NCBI GenBank assembly: GCA_016700135.1
Contig: CP065004.1
Coordinates: 30,001 to 62,000, forward strand
Source: Candidatus Saccharimonadota bacterium
GTDB lineage: Bacteria > Patescibacteriota > Microgenomatia > UBA1406 > GWC2-37-13
Length of the DNA stretch: 32,000 nt
Reading direction: 5' to 3'
The notes under the pieces were generated by a model. That model searched no databases, was not told the origin of the DNA, and saw only the letters and a program-made list of their open reading frames with translations. Made by a program: the position numbers and the translations under genes. Of this stretch, positions 18,946 through 23,181 are shown one piece after another; the stretch's first letter is position 1; every line of letters starts with the position of its first letter.

Positions 18946-19535
18946 TTTCCTTCTCCTTCCATACTTGGGATGATGTAATACCGGGATTCTGCGATTTCAT
19001 ATTTGCGTACTCTCAAATGCACTTCCCGCTTTGTGCGGTCAATGCTCCAAAAGTACGCGACCTCTTCACTCTTGCCTTCACAGCCTTCAAGATACAGAGA
19101 GCTGCGTTCTGCAACCTCAATTTCCTGAACTCGTGAAGGTTCATCTTCCGGTGCATTTTGTACCCAAACGAGGAGACGGACATGGTTTTTATCGTTGCCG
19201 TACCACATCTCACCCATCTGGAAGTTCCACCGGATCTTCTGATCCTCACACTTGACTCCGGCGACCGAATACACGGTGTCGCCGTTTGCATAGACGCTGT
19301 AGTTGTTGTTCGGGTTTATTCCGAACTCCCATAAGGCCATAACACCAATGACAATGAGTAATGCCACAGCATTGGCAACAGCCTTTAATACTGCATCTAC
19401 AGTCATCTCACCACACGACTTATCCCGATCATCATCCACGATAGCCTCCTCTCTTGAATTCAGATGGTTATAGATAAACTGCCTTTCGGCAGATAGTAGC
19501 CGAAACGTCTCTGCACTGTTCATAGGGCATACCAT
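18942..19535 (-). CDS. Hypothetical single-pass membrane protein (island gene A), paralog of 17999-18445
   Basis: 197 aa. A cytoplasmic N-region of about 45 aa is followed by a TM segment (AVALLIVIGVMALWEFGI) and an extracytoplasmic domain of about 125 aa sharing motifs with gene C. An alternative start is the ATG at 19523. Confidence 0.75.
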   Translation of the reverse strand: MVCPMNSAETFRLLSAERQFIYNHLNSREEAIVDDDRDKSCGEMTVDAVLKAVANAVALLIVIGVMALWEFGINPNNNYSVYANGDTVYSVAGVKCEDQKIRWNFQMGEMWYGNDKNHVRLLVWVQNAPEDEPSRVQEIEVAERSSLYLEGCEGKSEEVAYFWSIDRTKREVHLRVRKYEIAESRYYIIPSMEGEGK

Positions 19536-19575
19536 ACAGAATGCTTATTCCATATTTGGCCCTACAGAATGGGAT

Positions 19576-19604
19576 ATTAAATTAAATTAAAGGTAAAAAG
19601 TCAA
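19576..19604 (-). promoter_or_regulatory. Promoter of the A-B-C operon (TTGACT-17-TTTAAT)
   Basis: On the minus strand the -35 TTGACT is at 19604-19599, the spacer is 17 nt, and the -10 TTTAAT is at 19581-19576, about 40 nt upstream of the gene A ATG. Confidence 0.45.
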
Positions 19605-19655
19605 TTATTATAGGATATACTTACTGTTATTAAAAAGGGAGTACTGTCAGTAATA

Positions 19656-19684
19656 TTGACAAACCTGTCATTCAATATCAAGAT
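19656..19684 (+). promoter_or_regulatory. Candidate divergent promoter (TTGACA-17-CAAGAT) for the hairpin / small-ORF transcript
   Basis: A perfect -35 TTGACA is at 19656-19661, the spacer is 17 nt, and a weak -10 CAAGAT is at 19679-19684. An 11-bp palindrome TACTGtCAGTA (19642-19652) abuts the -35. Confidence 0.3.
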
Positions 19685-19703
19685 CGTTCGATATATAAAG
19701 TTC

Positions 19704-19776
19704 TAATCAGATTACCGTAACATGCCTCAGTAAATCTGATTATCTTACTTCTTGCCTTGCGATTTCCAGTAAGATA
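19704..19776 (+). other. Two tandem stem-loops (10-bp and 9-bp stems, 19- and 18-nt loops)
   Basis: Hairpin 1 pairs TAATCAGATT (19704-19713) with AATCTGATTA (19733-19742). Hairpin 2 pairs TATCTTACT (19741-19749) with AGTAAGATA (19768-19776). Both stems are perfect and both loops contain TGCCT. Confidence 0.5.
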
Positions 19777-19821
19777 TTTCGCTCCGAACTTTGACGTATA
19801 TGAATAGAAAGGAATGGCGTA

Positions 19822-20061
19822 ATGGCCAATATCTATGTCGCTCCGTGTGGTCGAGTTTTTGACTTGGATGCTTTGGTTGACGGACAACCTGCCCCTAGTG
19901 GAACTACAAGCATGCAAGGTCATACATCCGTATTCTGGCCTGATCAAGGGCATCTTTCCTGGAATAATCCAGGACAAACTGATGCACATTGGTCTACCCA
20001 CAGTGAAGGTGGTACAAAAGCAGGAAGAAAACCTCCTGGTGCTACTTTCAGAGGTGAATAG
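19822..20061 (+). CDS. Small (79 aa) His/Trp/Gly/Pro-rich hypothetical protein
   Basis: The SD AAAGGA (19808-19813) lies 8 nt before the ATG. By my count codon position 1 is G in 29/79 codons and position 3 is T in 35/79. Two consecutive decapeptides share QGH.S...P. Two overlapping ORFs (78 aa on plus, 129 aa on minus) look like shadow frames. Confidence 0.5.
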   Translation: MANIYVAPCGRVFDLDALVDGQPAPSGTTSMQGHTSVFWPDQGHLSWNNPGQTDAHWSTHSEGGTKAGRKPPGATFRGE

Positions 20062-20085
20062 TATCAAGTAATCGCAAGGTAACTT

Positions 20086-20111
20086 GAGGGGGAGAAGTAA
20101 TTCTCCCTCTC
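20086..20111 (+). terminator. Hairpin after the small ORF (possible weak terminator)
   Basis: GAGGGGGAGAA-gtaa-TTCTCCCTCTC forms an 11-bp stem with one G-T pair, followed by ATTTTC. The T-tract is short, so termination may be partial. Confidence 0.4.
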
Positions 20112-20135
20112 ATTTTCATCATCTATAATACCAAT

Positions 20136-20555
20136 ATGCATATTTCCGGACAAAAACCAGGTAAGGATATTGATCAAAAACACTGGACAGTACAAAATGA
20201 AGACAGAATTAAAGTTCATTTCAACATGTATCTTTCAGAATTTAAGGTTACATCTCATTACCTTCTCATTGATAACGATCCATATTCAAAGAAAGAATTT
20301 GTTTTTCTTGCTATCGTCCGTGACTATGTTAATTATCATATCTCATTCGATATGTTTTGCGTTCTTCTTGGAGAACTATGGATGACTTCAGAAAAATCAT
20401 ACGATTTCACGAAAGAAACAAAAATTGAAGAAATGTGCCACTTTGGATTTGAACTACAGTGGTATATGAGAAATGATCCTGAAAGAAGCGCCGGCTGGCT
20501 CACCGAAATACTGGAGTACTATAAGAAAAATAAAACAAAGATCGGGGAAAAGTAA
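20136..20555 (+). CDS. Hypothetical cytoplasmic protein (139 aa)
   Basis: AT-rich ORF with no TM segment. TATAAT (20124-20129) lies 6 nt upstream of the ATG. It is followed by a strong bidirectional terminator. No family recognised. Confidence 0.65.
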   Translation: MHISGQKPGKDIDQKHWTVQNEDRIKVHFNMYLSEFKVTSHYLLIDNDPYSKKEFVFLAIVRDYVNYHISFDMFCVLLGELWMTSEKSYDFTKETKIEEMCHFGFELQWYMRNDPERSAGWLTEILEYYKKNKTKIGEK

Positions 20556-20564
20556 TCATTATAT

Positions 20565-20596
20565 AAAAAAAAGAGAGCGTACGCTCTCTTTTTTTT
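20565..20596. terminator. Bidirectional intrinsic terminator
   Basis: A8-GAGAGC-GTAC-GCTCTC-T8 is a perfect palindrome. It serves the 139-aa gene on the plus strand and tRNA-Tyr on the minus strand. Confidence 0.8.
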
Positions 20597-20601
20597 CAGG
20601 G

Positions 20602-20685
20602 TCCAGGGGGAGGGATTCGAACCCCCGTAGGGCAAAGCCCGACAGATTTACAGTCTGTTGCGATTGGCCACTCCGCCACCCCTGG
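20602..20685 (-). tRNA. tRNA-Tyr (anticodon GTA), long variable arm, CCA not encoded
   Basis: The reverse complement is CCAGGGGTGGCGGAGTGGCCAATCGCAACAGACTGTAAATCTGTCGGGCTTTGCCCTACGGGGGTTCGAATCCCTCCCCCTGGA. It has a 7-bp acceptor stem (CCAGGGG/CCCCTGG), anticodon loop CTGTAAA, T-loop GGTTCGAATCC, a class II variable arm and discriminator A. The next bases are CCC, not CCA. Confidence 0.9.
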
Positions 20686-20695
20686 TTAAGCGTTT

Positions 20696-20704
20696 ATTAT
20701 ACCA
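20696..20704 (-). promoter_or_regulatory. Extended -10 promoter TGgTATAAT for tRNA-Tyr
   Basis: The minus strand reads TGGTATAAT, with its -10 ending 10 nt upstream of the mature tRNA 5' end. It is the same 9-mer as the aspS promoter. Confidence 0.5.
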
Positions 20705-20817
20705 CTCAACACTGAGTTAGAAAAGTATAAACGACTCACAAACCCTCGCACAAGATTTCCGGCATCCGTTCCTGATATACTTCCTTTGATAGAGCAAATT
20801 ATCCTACACGACTCATT

Positions 20818-22275
20818 ATGATTTATATTCAGATTACTTTGATTGTCCTCTGCCTTATCGCAGTCGTCTCATACTTCACAAATCCTTTCGTCAGATTTTC
20901 ACTGATACAAGATCTTTCAAAAGTGGATGAAATCGATAATCAGCTGGTGCTGAAAAAGATAAGGTCGGTTAAGCTCCGCTATCATCTTTTCTGGAAACAT
21001 TTTTCCATGCTTAAATCAGCCTGGCATATTGTAGGAAGCCGCTTCGGAAGACGGAATCGCACCCGATCTTCTATCGTGGCTGATATTATCAAAGAGATTC
21101 ATGAGAAACGGTTTGATCCCAAAAATATGTACCTGATCTCGGGAGATCATTTCAGTGTCCTGTATCCCCGATCCCTCGGCATTTTTTATCACAGTATTCT
21201 GGACCCGCGAACGGCACTGAATATGGATGACTGGCTCAACCGTCAAAGAATTTACCTCAAAACCCTGGCATACGCTTTGAATGTTTTCAGTCAATCAGAA
21301 GAGTTGTCAACGACAATCGTGCCGACTACTCCGAACTCTGTCATATTGCTGAATATTTATGCTACCCCGTCTGATACTTTATACAGTCTGCTGTATGCCT
21401 TTGACCAGCTTCTGGGGAGCAAATCGCTTGAGGAAATATATCCGTTTAAAAAAAGTACACCATACAAACTGGCAACAACTGAAACAACGCAGGACATGCT
21501 GCATGAGTATAGAGCAATCTTAAGAAGGCATTACTATACGTACAAAGCTACGGTCTTTGATACCGAATCGGGTTTTATAAAAAAAGATATTTTACTTTCC
21601 GGAACGAAAGACATCGTTAAAAAGTATGGAGGCTTTTATGATAATGTAATATTTTGGAAAACAACGGAGCTGGCACAAAAACTTGGATTGATAGAGAATG
21701 ATGAAGCCTTCCTTGCCGTATATAAAAAACGGATTTTGGCTGAATATTGGCGGGAAGAAGGTCTGTTTTTGGAAGACATGAGTGATGAAGCACGTGACGG
21801 GAATTGGTATTCATCTGATTGGCTTATCGCATTTCAAACCGGATTTCTATCCGTAAAAAATCCTAAAGATCGCACGTATCTCAATAAGGCAGTCTCTTAT
21901 ATTATTGAAAATGAGATTGATCAGCCGTTTCCGATAAGATATCACAATGATTTTCGAAAAAAACGACTGCACTTTCCTGTAAATATCGGAGCTCCGTACT
22001 ACGGATCACTTGTCATCTGGAGCCATTGGGGAATGGAATACATAAAACTTCTTATTGCTTTGTCACAATACGGCAAGTCAGAAAAATATCTCACTTATGC
22101 CGCAAAGCATCTTGAAACATACGAATTCAATATTTCAAGATATCGCGGATATCCTGAGGTATACAACCGGTTCGGCGATTTCTATACTTCCTTTTTCTAC
22201 CGCAGTGTACGGACTACAGGATGGATCATCTCATATGAACAGGCGTATGAGATGCTGAAGGCGTACGATAAATAA
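20818..22275 (+). CDS. Membrane-anchored hypothetical protein, possibly an (alpha/alpha)6-barrel glycoside-hydrolase-like fold
   Basis: 485 aa with an N-terminal TM segment (IQITLIVLCLIAVVSYF). YYGSLVIWSHWGMEYIKLLIAL and GYPEVYN are reminiscent of C-terminal motifs in GH15/GH63/GDE-type barrels. This is a weak, eye-only call. Confidence 0.3.
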   Translation: MIYIQITLIVLCLIAVVSYFTNPFVRFSLIQDLSKVDEIDNQLVLKKIRSVKLRYHLFWKHFSMLKSAWHIVGSRFGRRNRTRSSIVADIIKEIHEKRFDPKNMYLISGDHFSVLYPRSLGIFYHSILDPRTALNMDDWLNRQRIYLKTLAYALNVFSQSEELSTTIVPTTPNSVILLNIYATPSDTLYSLLYAFDQLLGSKSLEEIYPFKKSTPYKLATTETTQDMLHEYRAILRRHYYTYKATVFDTESGFIKKDILLSGTKDIVKKYGGFYDNVIFWKTTELAQKLGLIENDEAFLAVYKKRILAEYWREEGLFLEDMSDEARDGNWYSSDWLIAFQTGFLSVKNPKDRTYLNKAVSYIIENEIDQPFPIRYHNDFRKKRLHFPVNIGAPYYGSLVIWSHWGMEYIKLLIALSQYGKSEKYLTYAAKHLETYEFNISRYRGYPEVYNRFGDFYTSFFYRSVRTTGWIISYEQAYEMLKAYDK

Positions 22276-22303
22276 AGATAAACCTGTGGTACAATAACTG
22301 GAT

Positions 22304-22903
22304 ATGACTGACCAAACATACAAAGATTTTTGGAAATGGTTTCAGCAACAGGAAGAGCGGCTTTTTTACTATGAAGCATATGAGAAAGAACTTCTGCCGC
22401 AGGTGTTGAATGAACTCCAAAAAGTGAACAAAGATCTCGTATTTGAAATCGGTCCCGAAATGGAAGGACAGCGTGAATTTGTCGTGAGTGCAAACGGCAT
22501 GAAATCAGCTTTTTCCGATGTTATTGAGCTTGTGAAGTATGCCCCTGATCTGGACAGATGGCATATCATTCCTTTCAGACAGCGAAAAGATGTCTCCGAA
22601 CTTGAAGTCCAGCTTGATGATCTCATCCTGACTCCGAATGATATCAGCTTTTCGTATCAGAAAGAAAAAGGACGGATTAATCTTTCACTGTATGTTGAGG
22701 ATATGGATGATGAAGACGAAAAAATGTATCATATGGTGTTTCTCATTCTCGATAATATCATCGGAGAATACGATGTGGAGATGAAAATCGGATCCATCGA
22801 TATTTATTCCGACGGAGATCTGGCGGAGGATGAACAGCTTTTCCCGCTGACCAAACTTCCTCATATCATTGACAGTTTGAGTTCTAATTCAACAGTACAC
22901 TAA
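22304..22903 (+). CDS. Hypothetical acidic cytoplasmic protein (199 aa)
   Basis: ORF with TGgTACAAT (22287-22295) ending 8 nt upstream of the ATG. No family recognised. Confidence 0.65.
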   Translation: MTDQTYKDFWKWFQQQEERLFYYEAYEKELLPQVLNELQKVNKDLVFEIGPEMEGQREFVVSANGMKSAFSDVIELVKYAPDLDRWHIIPFRQRKDVSELEVQLDDLILTPNDISFSYQKEKGRINLSLYVEDMDDEDEKMYHMVFLILDNIIGEYDVEMKIGSIDIYSDGDLAEDEQLFPLTKLPHIIDSLSSNSTVH

Positions 22904-23079
22904 TGGAAAACCCTCCGGTAGATATACTGGAAAATCTGAGAAAATTATTTACGGCAATTACCGGCGGACTGCTTACTGTGTTTCCATTTATTGTTGTTGC
23001 TCTCACTTTCATACTTCTTGTTGTACTCGGTATTCTGATGTTCCTTTTTTCAGGAACTCCTTCATTCCAACTCAACTAA
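22903..23079 (+). CDS. Small (58 aa) membrane protein, missing from the ORF track
   Basis: The ATG overlaps the upstream stop (TAATG). The translation is MENPPVDILENLRKLFTAITGGLLTVFPFIVVALTFILLVVLGILMFLFSGTPSFQLN, with a hydrophobic stretch of about 30 residues. It falls below the track's length cutoff. Confidence 0.55.
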   Translation: MENPPVDILENLRKLFTAITGGLLTVFPFIVVALTFILLVVLGILMFLFSGTPSFQLN

Positions 23080-23116
23080 CTGTGCATTTCAGGTACGCAG
23101 ATCTCTTCATGATGTA

Positions 23117-23146
23117 TTGACAATAACTCAGGTAATAAGATAGGAT
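23117..23146 (+). promoter_or_regulatory. Promoter for the GH13 gene (TTGACA-18-TAGGAT)
   Basis: TTGACA is at 23117-23122, the spacer is 18 nt, and TAGGAT is at 23141-23146. A 6-bp hairpin GGACAA/TTGTCC (23156-23175) lies in the short leader. Confidence 0.4.
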
Positions 23147-23181
23147 CATATCAAAGGACAAGTTATTATTTGTCCATTTGC

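Noticed and set aside
19678-20071. 129-aa minus-strand ORF (19678-20067) and 78-aa plus-strand ORF (19835-20071) overlapping the 79-aa ORF
   Set aside because: The 129-aa frame shares codon boundaries in antisense with the 79-aa frame and is Ser/Thr/Arg/Cys-rich, a classic shadow. The 78-aa frame is the +1 shift, and its hydrophobic look follows from T-rich second positions. It has no SD, whereas the 79-aa frame has an SD and G1/T3 periodicity. This is not fully excluded without comparative data.
19680-20120. Possibility that the triple-open region is a known structured RNA (tmRNA, RNase P RNA, SRP RNA, 6S, or a large ornate RNA near a tRNA)
   Set aside because: I found none of the hallmark motifs: no tRNA-like GGTTCGAA end or GGGG start of tmRNA, no GAGGAAAGTCC or ACAGAA..GGCTTA of RNase P, and no GGAAGCAGCC-type SRP domain IV. 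Codon periodicity favours coding. An Rfam scan is still needed.
20087-20612. 8-mer AGGGGGAG shared by the hairpin at 20087-20094 and the tRNA-Tyr 3' end (20605-20612), considered as att-site remnants
   Set aside because: It is too short to be significant. It would delimit only the single 139-aa gene, and no integrase is present. I found no longer repeat of the tRNA 3' end near 17.9 kb by eye.
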